Assembly: GCF_001194135.2 (NCBI RefSeq)
Contig: NC_068986.1
Location: forward strand, 29,092,528-29,126,284
Length of the DNA stretch: 33,757 nt
Source of the DNA: Octopus bimaculoides
Taxonomy: Eukaryota
Direction: 5' to 3'
This document shows, piece after piece, positions 23,795-33,757 of this stretch. How positions within the stretch are numbered: position 1 is the first letter of the stretch; each line of letters opens with the position of its first letter. The notes under the pieces were generated by a model. That model saw only the letters and a program-made list of their open reading frames with translations, searched no databases and was not told where the DNA came from. The translations under genes and the position numbers were made by a program.

Positions 23795-24316
23795 AAACAT
23801 GGCGAAAGTAAGAAGGAAGCGGTGGAAGCGAAAACGAAGAAGAAGGAGAAGAAGAGGAAGAAAACGAAGAAGGAGAAGAAAACGAAGAGAAAACGAAGAC
23901 GAAGAAGAAGAACAACAACAACAAGGAGAAGAAGAATCAACGACAAAGGTGAAGAAGAGAGAGGGAGGGGAGATGATGATGAAGAAGAAGAAGAAGAAGA
24001 AGAAGGAGGAGGAGGAGGAGGAGGAGAAGAAGAAGAAGAAGAAGAAGAAGAAGAAGAAGAAGAAGAACTTATGGATAGATATAAGCAAACAGAATCAGCC
24101 AAAACCGAAACGTCATAAAGTGCGTGGGTGGGGGGAGGGGGAGATACGAAACGAAATTTTAAAAAAATTACGAATAGAAAGAAAATGTATGTGTAAATAG
24201 ATACCGACATAGATATTTGCATGTGTGTGTGCGTGTGTGTGTCAATGTATAGGTATATATGTGAATATGTATATATATATATGCATAAATGGACATACAT
24301 ACACACACACACACAG

Positions 24317-24349
<33 letters not shown>

Positions 24350-24380
24350 TATACACGCATACACACGTGTGTACAAATGT
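20735..24380. repeat. Large mixed microsatellite / low-complexity field (CT, CA, ATT, CAT, GTT, GGT, GAA, AAAT, AT)
   Basis: Simple repeats seen directly, with two gaps. Confidence 0.9.
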
Positions 24381-24386
24381 ATGTCG

Positions 24387-24490
24387 TCTTTTACTTGTCT
24401 CGGTTATCAGCTTGTGGCCATTCTGGGGCTCTGTCTTTAAGAATTGGGTTGCTGAAATCGAACTCAGGACTGATTTTATGCCTAATATTC
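24387..24490 (-). mobile_element. Degenerate SINE family B 3' fragment
   Basis: tcttttacttgtctcggttatcagcttgtggccattctggggc...aatcgaactcaggactgatt matches the reverse complement of the family B tail. Confidence 0.6.
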
Positions 24491-24621
24491 CACTGTTCTC
24501 TTTTTGATGATCCGCCAGGTTACGAGTTCATTAACTAATGAGACACCATTGGTGAAGCGGTTAGAGACAACTGGAGGCATGCATGAACACACACACATAT
24601 ATGCGCACAAGCAAATGCATT

Positions 24622-24673
<52 letters not shown>

Positions 24674-24774
24674 TACTGAATCAGTCAACAAATAGACTGT
24701 ATACAATCTGTTTCCGGTCAGTTATTACGCAAGGTTTTGTAACGGTTTGATAAAACGCCTCAGTGAGTTTTGCA

Positions 24775-25061
24775 ATGGCTGACAAATTAAATCTGCGTGC
24801 TTACATCAAAGTTGGCTTGAAACTCGGTAAGTCTCTCACCGAGACCAACAAAATACTCCGTCAAAGTTTTTGACACATATTTTGTTTAGGTTGAATATCT
24901 GTTTTAGAGTGGAATTCGCCAGGCGTCGGTTCAAACTATTGACCATTCGAAGTGAACAATTGCTTGCAAAACGCGAGAAAATTTGGCAAAGATTCTGGAA
25001 CTCATCCATGACAACCGTTGCCAAACAATCAACAAGCTCTCTCTCTTTCTTTCTATCTCTT

Positions 25062-25093
<32 letters not shown>

Positions 25094-25118
25094 NNNNNNN
25101 NNNNNNNNNNNTCTCTCT

Positions 25119-25163
<45 letters not shown>

Positions 25164-25365
25164 CCGCTCTCTTATGACAGGAATCAGTTATGGAGCCCGT
25201 CCTTTGATTCTTACGGAAAACTTGAGCATGCAACATGTTGCAACCAAGTTTGTCTCACGGCTCTGGATTTTCAATCGAGAGCACCGGTGTCTTGATGAAG
25301 TCCTTGATATTCTCGGGAAGTGTAGCGATGATCAAAGTTTCATCGCTAAATTCTCACGAATCCAG
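24775..25365 (+). pseudogene. Mariner transposase N-terminal remnant interrupted by (CT)n
   Basis: MADKLNLRAYIKVGLKLGKSLTETNKILRQSF* (HTH start), AKILELIHDNRCQTINKL, then GISYGARPLILTENLSMQHVATKFVSRL (WVPREL/KFVPRL motif) ... DDQSFIAK. Stops and frameshifts present. Confidence 0.85.
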
Positions 25366-25524
25366 AAGAAAAAAATATCAGAGATCACACCCATACACAC
25401 ATAGACACACATTCACATACGTACACACACACATACGCTCATGTCCGCACTATATACAAGAGTTCAAATGGCACAAAGGTACTTACGCCTACACAGACAA
25501 TAACTAAAGAATCATAGAATATAT

Positions 25525-25588
<64 letters not shown>

Positions 25589-25598
25589 NNNNNNNNNN

Positions 25599-25659
<61 letters not shown>

Positions 25660-25660
25660 C

Positions 25661-26040
25661 TTCAAAATTATCACAGATCTGTTGCTCAAAGTTTCACGTT
25701 CCATTCGTCGGACAGTTGTGCACGCAATCCGTAGTAAATATAAAATAACAACTTCCAGGGACAATAATGCTTTATTGAGACGGAAGACAAGCTGGAAAAA
25801 AGTTCTTTCTGCATTCCACGGCAGGTGACCAGGGTGTGCGAATAAGAATACAACAGTTACGGAATGGAGTAGGTAAGATCCGCGCTACATATGTTTGATA
25901 GCAAGCGGAACCTCAGAAGTGGTAAAAATCCAAGCGAGGTGAATACCGCCGGCTACTCTTCACGCCAAGGATATCTTGATTAAATTGAAGTTTACAGTGT
26001 TGCAAGGATGTACGTGTTGACGCATGGAAGATCCAATCAG
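25661..26040 (-). pseudogene. Possible highly decayed mariner transposase C-terminal remnant
   Basis: Minus frames give IFH..TSL..KLQFNQDIL....YSPRLDFYHF (compare HDNARPHTS..KL...W..L.HPPYSPDLAPSDFHLF), then QLSDEW and CDNFE (compare KLPERW, GDYFE). Confidence 0.4.
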
Positions 26041-26111
26041 AATGTGTAGAGAGCACACACACACATATATATACACACATATGTGTGTGTGTGTATGTAT
26101 GTATGTATGTA

Positions 26112-26144
<33 letters not shown>

Positions 26145-26270
26145 GTACATCTATATAAACAAGTGCACACACAATCACACACATAAAAACCAAGTACAGA
26201 GAAGCATATAAACTGTATATACTCACAATGAAGAATGGAATACAATAATTCTGAAATGGTGTTTACACAT

Positions 26271-26317
<47 letters not shown>

Positions 26318-26571
26318 NNNNNNNNNNNNNNNNNNNNNNNNNNNNNNNNNNNNNNNNNNNNNNNNNNNNNNNNNNNNNNNNNNNNNNNNNNNNNNNNNNN
26401 NNNNNNNNNNNNNNNNNNNNNNNNNNNNNNNNNNNNNNNNNNNNNNNNNNNNNNNNNNNNNNNNNNNNNNNNNNNNNNNNNNNNNNNNNNNNNNNNNNNN
26501 NNNNNNNNNNNNNNNNNNNNNNNNNNNNNNNNNNNNNNNNNNNNNNNNNNNNNNNNNNNNNNNNNNNNNNN

Positions 26572-26638
<67 letters not shown>

Positions 26639-27019
26639 GTAAGAACGAATGAGCGTACTAATATGCCTATACAGTATATACGCGTATTTATATATACGAG
26701 TGTGCGTATGTGAGTGTATCGGTGTATGTGTGTGTGTGTATGTGTATGTTTGTGTGCATGTATGTATGTGTGTATGTATGTACGCATGTATGTATCAAAA
26801 TGGAACGAGAAAGAAAAAGAAAGATAAAAAAAGAGCGTGGTATGTAGAAAGGCATTCATAGATGTCCTTGTACATGTTACTCCGTGTATATACGCACTTG
26901 CGTATATATAACTCTGAACTTGGTATAATTATAAAACGACGTCATCCCAAGAGTTTTTGCACTTCCTTACTTCACTCTCCGCCAGAGGGCAGTTGCATCG
27001 AACGCTGTCGCTATTTGAT

Positions 27020-27393
27020 GTTTTAACATCATCATTACTGAGAATTTCTGGCAAACTGACGAGCAACGACGTCGACGTCGTCATCTGCGTAACCACCGCC
27101 GTCGTTTCCTTTATCATTGGAATCATTATCATCATTAGTATACACATCATGATCGTCATCGTCATCATCACCATCATCATCATCATCGTCGTCGTCGTCG
27201 TCATCATCATCATCATCATCATCATTATCATCATCATCATCAACATCATCATTATCATCATCATCATCATCATTATCATCATCATCATCATCACCGTCGT
27301 TCACGTCGACGTCGTCGTCCACGCCATCACTCTCATCCGAATCATCCTCATTATCGTCGTCGTCGTCGCCTTCGTTATCGTCGTCATCATCCG

Positions 27394-27433
<40 letters not shown>

Positions 27434-27442
27434 GACATCACC

Positions 27443-27487
<45 letters not shown>

Positions 27488-27571
27488 TTTATCATCAATA
27501 TCATCATCATCATCATCGTCATCATCATCATCATCATCATCTTTATCATCAATATCATCATTATCATCAAT

Positions 27572-27605
<34 letters not shown>

Positions 27606-27884
27606 CCATCAACATCATCATCGTCGTCGTCATCATCATCGTTGTTGTCATTGCCTTGTTGACGTCAGCATCATCTCTATCGTCATTAACATTCACACAT
27701 CTGTCACTCTCATCCATATTACCTTCACATGATTATCGCCACCGCTACCACCACCACCCACCACCATTATCATCGACGCCGTGTCCATGATCATCATTTT
27801 TCTCGTACCACCATCGCCACAACTACCACGAACACAATTTGCATCCCAAATAGCACCACTATCTCCACTACTACTACAACCACC
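27020..27884. repeat. Long degenerate (CAT)n/(CGT)n/(CAC)n tract
   Basis: Trinucleotide repeat seen directly; the poly-Ile/Met/Asp ORFs are artefacts. Confidence 0.95.
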
Positions 27885-28107
27885 AATACGACGAGGTATG
27901 ATGGTGATGCGACAGATTTAAAGGAAGGAGGCAAACTTTAGAAACTCTTTTAGTATATTGTATTATACATTTGTGCGCACTTTTATGTATGTACGTCTCT
28001 ACATACGGTTTCAGCTCTCTTTTACTCGACAAATTGGAAAGCAAACTTCTTGACCACGCATCCACGCCTGCGCCTGTATTTATTCATCGTAGTAATCACA
28101 TCATCAA

Positions 28108-28170
<63 letters not shown>

Positions 28171-28537
28171 GAGCACTTACGCCATTAGCTCACCATTCAC
28201 CACAGAATCAAGCCTCACCACTAACATATTTTATTGTTTCTGCTCGCGTCTGGTCTTCAGGAAGGGGTTTAGTCAAAGGTGTTCAAGGGCCCACTGAGCC
28301 CATTGATATCAACACAATTATAAATCGTTGGCTTCAGGAAAATTAAGATGTGAATGGAATTGCAGCAGGGCCTTGTCCCGGGGAAGAAGGAACGGGCATG
28401 TTGTTAAGCACAGCACCTGTAGGACGGACGCAGGACTGATATATTTATTACAAAACCTGTCGAATAAAAGAGAGTTAAAACCATACGTGGAGATGTACAT
28501 AGATAAGAGTATGTCACAAATGTATAATACAATGTAT

Positions 28538-28773
28538 TATTGTTGTGTCGACGCCCCCAGACGATGAAGTAGGCTAGCCCAATACGTAGATATAGAGGGA
28601 GAAAGAAGTCTAGACGTCGAGGAGTTGAGTAGAGGTCATCCGAACGTGCGATATAACAGTGGCGACGAGGATTTCGTAGCTCACACAGCCACTGTATAGT
28701 ATTGCGATATAACAGTGGCAATGAGGATTTCGTAGCTCACACAGCCACTTTGTAGTATTGCGATATAACATTT
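28538..28773. mobile_element. 236-bp insertion with 11-bp target-site duplication
   Basis: atacaatgtat at 28527-28537 and 28774-28784; the insert is absent from the homologous left arm. Confidence 0.7.
28647..28770. repeat. 56-bp tandem repeat (2.2 copies), each unit an internal hairpin
   Basis: Units start at 28647, 28703 and 28759 (tgcgatataaca...); unit 1 has acagtggc/gccactgt arms, unit 2 has agtggc/gccact. Confidence 0.92.
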
Positions 28774-29049
28774 ATACAATGTATAAACTAAAAGAGTTTC
28801 AAAATTTTGCTTTCTTCCTTTAAAACTGTTGAATCGCCATCATACCGCTTCGTTTTAAATTGTCTTTAGAATAAAAGTTCCTATCACGTGTTCTTTACAA
28901 ATATGGTGTGCAAGAATGAAGGGTACGACTTCCTTTCTCGGTGGAAAGGAAGTAGCTTGTTGAAATCTCATTCCAGTTGCTCGGATGTTAGAAGCCGTCA
29001 TGGTTTTTCTTAACTCCTTTTCTTCCCACACACTTTCCTTCAACTTTCG

Positions 29050-31328
29050 CACACACACACACACACACACACACGCATGTACAAATAGTTATATTCATAT
29101 AATATACATACACATTTATATGTATGAATATATGTATGAATTATGTGTGAGTGTGCGTGTATGTATGTATGTATGTATGAATGCATGTGTATATGTATGT
29201 ATGTATGTATGCATGTACGTGTGTATGTATGGAGTGATATACAGATATTCGCATACAGCCACAGTCAGGTTTTAAACAGTACAGACATACACACAATCAA
29301 AACTTATATATATATATATATATNNNNNNNNNNNNNNNNNNNNNNNNNNNNNNNNNNNNNNNNNNNNNNNNNNNNNNNNNNNNNNNNNNNNNNNNNNNNN
29401 NNNNNNNNNNNNNNNNNNNNNNNNNNNNNNNNNNNNNNNNNNNNNNNNNNNNNNNNNNNNNNNNNNNNNNNNNNNNNNNNNNNNNNNNNNNNNNNNNNNN
29501 NNNNNNNNNNNNNNNNNNNNNNNNNNNNNNNNNNNNNTATATATAGATAGATAGATAGATAGATATATGCATGTGTATTGTGTGTCTGTCTGTATATGTA
29601 TGTTTATATACATACATACATACATACAGTCACTGATATATCAAGAAAGAAATGATAGGAAGTAAAAAGAGAAAAAGAAGAAAAGAAAAACAGAAGAAAA
29701 GAAAAGAAAGGAAGAAATAAGCAAAGAAAAAAACGCAAAGAGCAATAATAAGAAAATGGCGGTTAATTCTGGGAAAGTGTCAGCAAAGCGGAATGATCTG
29801 CTATGGGCCAGAAAGTAATCTAGAGATAATGGCGTTGTTGTCACGTGGTTTGTGTGAATGCTGGGGTGAGGGATATTTGTGATTGGTTGATGTGGGTGGT
29901 AAGGGTATTAAGACAGTTATTAATACTGTTCGGTCATCGACCATAAGTCATACAATTTATCTGATTGACTTTCAGTAGATAATATTAGTACTTCTACATT
30001 TCATTTTTATCAAAGGCATGGACATATTACGAAAATCATTCTCTCCCATATTCTCTCTCACTTTCGCTCGTTCGCTCCATAGCCCCCATCTCTCCCTGCA
30101 CCACCTCCAACTGTCTCTTTTCCTGTATATGTTATACGTGCATGGACATCCGTATTCTGTGTATGTGAGCATGTCGGTGTGTATGTGTGTATGTGTCTAT
30201 GTGTGTGTGTGTGTGTGAGTGAGTATGGCTGTCTGAGCAAATTAATCTGCGTGTGCACACACACGTAAGCATGTATGTACGTATATATATATATATATAT
30301 ATATNNNNNNNNNNNNNNNNNNNNNNNNNNNNNNNNNNNNNNNNNNNNNNNNNNNNNNNNNNNNNNNNNNNNNNNNNNNNNNNNNNNNNNNNNNNNNNNN
30401 NNNNNNNNNNNNNNNNNNNNNNNNNNNNNNNNNNNNNNNNNNNNNNNNNNNNNNNNNNNNNNNNNNNNNNNNNNNNNNNNNNNNNNNNNNNNNNNNNNNN
30501 NNNNNNNNNNNNNNNNNNNNNNNNNNNNNNNNNNNNNNNNNNNNNNNNNNNNNNNNNNNNNNNNNNNNNNNNNNNNNNNNNNNNNNNNNNNNNNNNNNNN
30601 NNNNNNNNNNNNNNNNNNNNNNNNNNNNNNNNNNNNNNNNNNNNNNNNNNNNNNNNNNNNNNNNNNNNNNNNNNNNNNNNNNNNNNNNNNNNNNNNNNNN
30701 NNNNNNNNNNNNNNNNNNNNNNNNNNNNNNNNNNNNNNNNNNNNNNNNNNNNNNNNNNNNNNNNNNNNNNNNNNNNNNNNNNNNNNNNNNNNNNNNNNNN
30801 NNNNNNNNNNNNNNNNNNNNNNNNNNNNNNNNNNNNNNNNNNNNNNNNNNNNNNNNNNNNNNNNNNNNNNNNNNNNNNNNNNNNNNNNNNNNNNNNNNNN
30901 NNNNNNNNNNNNNNNNNNNNNNNNNNNNNNNNNNNNNNNNNNNNNNNNNNNNNNNNNNNNNNNNNNNNNNNNNNNNNNNNNNNNNNNNNNNNNNNNNNNN
31001 NNNNNNNNNNNNNNNNNNNNNNNNNNNNNNNNNNNNNNNNNNNNNNNNNNNNNNNNNNNNNNNNNNNNNNNNNNNNNNNNNNNNNNNNNNNNNNNNNNNN
31101 NNNNNNNNNNNNNNNNNNNNNNNNNNTATATATATAAATACATATATATGTATATATATGTGTGTGTGTGTGTGTATGTATAGATATATGTATGTATTAA
31201 CTCTCACTCTCTCTTTCTCACTTCCTTCCCTCTCTCTCTCTTCCTTCGTTACACTATCTCTCTTTCACTGTGTGCGTTTGGGGTGGGGGACTTGTGCGGC
31301 TGTCAGAGAAAATTAATCTCTGTATGTG

Positions 31329-31406
<78 letters not shown>

Positions 31407-31661
31407 NNNNNNNNNNNNNNNNNNNNNNNNNNNNNNNNNNNNNNNNNNNNNNNNNNNNNNNNNNNNNNNNNNNNNNNNNNNNNNNNNNNNNNNNNNNNNN
31501 NNNNNNNNNNNNNNNNNNNNNNNNNNNNNNNNNNNNNNNNNNNNNNNNNNNNNNNNNNNNNNNNNNNNNNNNNNNNNNNNNNNNNNNNNNNNNNNNNNNN
31601 NNNNNNNNNNNNNNNNNNNNNNNNNNNNNNNNNNNNNNNNNNNNNNNNNNNNNNNNNNNNN

Positions 31662-31698
<37 letters not shown>

Positions 31699-31935
31699 TA
31701 CCTGTATATATGTGTGTGTGTCTGTATGTGTGTGTCTGTGTGTGTGTGTGTGTGTGACTGTGTGTGTGTATGTGTGTGTGCGTGTGTGTGTGTGTATGTA
31801 ATGTATGCTTGTGTAAGTCTCAAAGAGCGCTTTTGAGTAATCATGTATCTATGCGGTTTGCCGCTGTGTGTGAGTATGTGTGCCTCTTTGTAAATATATG
31901 CAGGATTATCTTTGAGCCTTTAGCTGCTTTGTACA

Positions 31936-31973
<38 letters not shown>

Positions 31974-32030
31974 CATACATACATACATACATACATACAT
32001 ACATGCATACGTACGTACGTACATGGGTAC
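29050..32030. repeat. Microsatellite field (CA, ATGT, GATA, AT, GT) with three gaps
   Basis: Simple repeats seen directly. Confidence 0.9.
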
Positions 32031-32301
32031 GCTGATTCGTACCTGTGTATGTTGTACGTATTTCTCATGTGTGTTCCAGTTTCTAATGTTTTCGTTTCTG
32101 CTTCCAATGTCTCTCAGTCATTCCCTATCATCTACAATCCTCCACCATTCTCTTTTATTATTGTCGATTGTGGGCAGCATTGACATCTGTTGTTTCGTTT
32201 TTCTTCCTGTTTAAGCGGAACGTTTGTTTGGATTTTAAATTACGAGTCCTAGCTGGAAAATTAAATTAAGCATAAAAAAATTACAAAACAAAAATCTAAA
32301 G

Positions 32302-32375
32302 CAGTGGTCCTCAAACGATGTCCATATAAGATTTTTGAGAGTCCACGCAACGAAATTGTATATATTTGTACTTAT
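32302..32375 (+). mobile_element. Possible hAT-type transposon/MITE left end
   Basis: Begins cagtggtcctcaaac, similar to hAT/Charlie termini (CAGTGGTTCTCAAAC). No matching right TIR found. Confidence 0.3.
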
Positions 32376-32383
32376 GTGCTTTT

Positions 32384-32456
32384 CTGAGTATATTCCACTG
32401 ATGAGGCAAAGCATTTCTTATGCGGAGCCAGAAATCCGGGATCTGGAATTATCCAG
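32384..32456 (+). ncRNA. Type I hammerhead ribozyme motif
   Basis: Stem I attcca (32392-32397)/tggaat (32444-32449); core CTGATGA (32398-32404); stem II ggc/gcc with inner gcat/atgc; GAAA (32431-32434); stem III atc/gat in near-palindrome atccgggat; AUC cleavage triplet (C17=32443). One extra A (32430) before GAAA. Confidence 0.65.
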
Positions 32457-33349
32457 CAACTTTTGGCTAGTTCATTATGTCTCTTCGTCTTCTCTCCTGG
32501 TGCTATATGAACATTTATTGTGGTTTTAGAGTCAAGTTTTGACTGCTATTTCCAGCGTGGTGGTATCTCTCAGATACCCTAAATTATAATTTTAAATAAT
32601 TATTACCTTTGATGGTTTTTATTCCCCTGCTGGCCACTTGATAAAATCGGTATATGAATATCGATCTTATCCTTATATATATATAGTCGTGGAAGTGGAA
32701 ACACGTGTAGGTCATTGTAATAGGCTGTATATAACTATAAAATAAATTCTATGGATATACAAGTCTCTATACTTTTTAATTTTAGTAATATTAATATATA
32801 CTCCAGACAATTTTTACCGTCCAGCGTAGAATGCACGGAATTACCCATCGAAAGAATTCACGGAGTGACTGACAGTTAATCGTAGATGCAGATGTTGCAT
32901 ACGGATCGTCGTGGTTAGTCATTAACTAGAACTCACCTGAGAGCTAATACGGTATCCGCCCTGATAAAATACTTCCTCAAAAAACATTTAAACACTTATC
33001 CCTCAAAAAACACTTAAACTCACACATGGGCACATATATGTACATATATTCGGAAAGATATATAAATTCATATATGCAAACATATTTACATAAAAAATAC
33101 AGGATGCTAAGAAGAAAATACATAATATACTGAGATAAGGAGATAGGGAGAATGATACAAGGACAATAGTGAAAGAGAATGCTAATAGAAAATGCCATGC
33201 TACTATTATAGCTAAGTAAAAATGAGGGCTTCACAACATTGGCAGAAACCATAGAGACTTTACGTAATGGGCAAAAGTGGAATAAAATTTCTGCTTACAC
33301 GAGCAGACTACATCAGCGAACCTACTGAGTAACGAAAGGAAATATTATA

Positions 33350-33480
<131 letters not shown>

Positions 33481-33555
33481 TTAGGAATCTTGCAGCAGAA
33501 ATATATATACACAGGCTGAAGTAGTCGAGCAAAGCCCACACTTCGAATTCTTTTA

Positions 33556-33757
33556 TTCTTTCATTTATTTCAGTCATTTGACTGCGACCGTGCTGGAGCA
33601 CCACCTTTAGTTGAACAAATCGACCTCAAGGCTTATTCTTTGTAAGCCTAGTTCTTATTCTATCGATTTCTTTTGCCGAGCAGCTAAGTTATGGTGGTGG
33701 ATGTAAAATTACAAATATAAGTTGTCAAATGTTGGTATGGGGATAAACAGATACACA
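33556..33757 (-). mobile_element. SINE family B 3' half, running off the window end
   Basis: tttcagtcatttgactgcgaccgtgctggagcaccacctttagttgaacaaatcgacc...ctaagtt...ggggataaacagatacaca matches the reverse complement of 6830-7020. Confidence 0.88.

Larger units (their letters stand above)
27885..28856. mobile_element. Foldback/MITE-like element with long imperfect terminal inverted arms
   Basis: 27895-27954 vs reverse complement of 28787-28846: 52/60 identical. 27951-28031 vs reverse complement of 28458-28539: about 82%. The right arm is split by an insertion. Confidence 0.7.
1233..31661. other. Thirteen assembly gaps (N-runs)
   Basis: N at 1233-1285, 2364-2761, 8299-8890, 12424-12620, 17594-18349, 22110-22547, 22879-22948, 25094-25111, 25589-25598, 26318-26571, 29324-29537, 30305-31126, 31407-31661; most abut microsatellites. 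Confidence 0.98.

Noticed and set aside
23012-24366. 358-aa and 263-aa minus ORFs; Lys/Arg/Glu-rich plus ORFs
   Set aside because: Low-complexity GAA/GGA/AAAT repeats; no domain-like content.
25599-26317. Idea that this contig is flipped, which would make the two mariner halves colinear
   Set aside because: The left contig ends (GT)n-aa and this contig has (GT)n-aacttc, and both sides of the right gap are (AT)n, consistent with the present orientation.
26957-27790. 277-aa ORF and overlapping poly-Met/poly-Asp ORFs
   Set aside because: Translation of a (CAT)n tract that lacks stops in several frames; no complex sequence or splice context.
28545-28622. Plus-strand cgatgaag...gaaagaagtc inside a tcgacg/cgtcga stem as a hammerhead
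   Set aside because: Core lacks the U of CUGA, and stem I/III registers do not fit an NUH site.
28647-28770. CRISPR-like or tRNA interpretation of the 56-bp repeats
   Set aside because: No unique spacers, eukaryotic context, and the hairpin is too short for a cloverleaf.
2314-31844. Long ORFs containing X runs
   Set aside because: They are open only because they cross N-gaps.
32972-33019. Short tandem duplication cctcaaaaaaca(t/c)ttaaac
   Set aside because: Two-copy local slippage duplication in A-rich DNA with no further structure.

Overview
AT-rich, microsatellite-saturated animal non-coding DNA (intronic or intergenic) from a draft assembly with 13 N-gaps. Repeat content (tRNA-derived SINEs with internal microsatellites, dense AT/GT/CAT/GATA tracts) resembles octopus/coleoid cephalopod DNA; this taxonomic call is inference. 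No complete protein-coding gene is present, and nearly all listed ORFs are microsatellite or N-gap artefacts. Supported content: two tRNA-derived SINE families (called A and B here; many copies, three with target-site duplications), a 5'-truncated decayed CR1-group LINE whose 3' end matches the SINE-B tail, a restriction-like-endonuclease (R2-superfamily; R4/Dong- or HERO-like) LINE 3' end in a (TAA)n tract behind a stub of the same family, a Tigger/pogo-type MITE, mariner transposase remnants, a ~970-bp foldback element with a nested TSD-flanked insertion, and two unassigned candidate + strand exons. The most notable signal is a near-canonical type I hammerhead ribozyme fold at 32384-32456, plus weaker hammerhead-like motifs elsewhere, suggesting Penelope/retrozyme-type self-cleaving elements.
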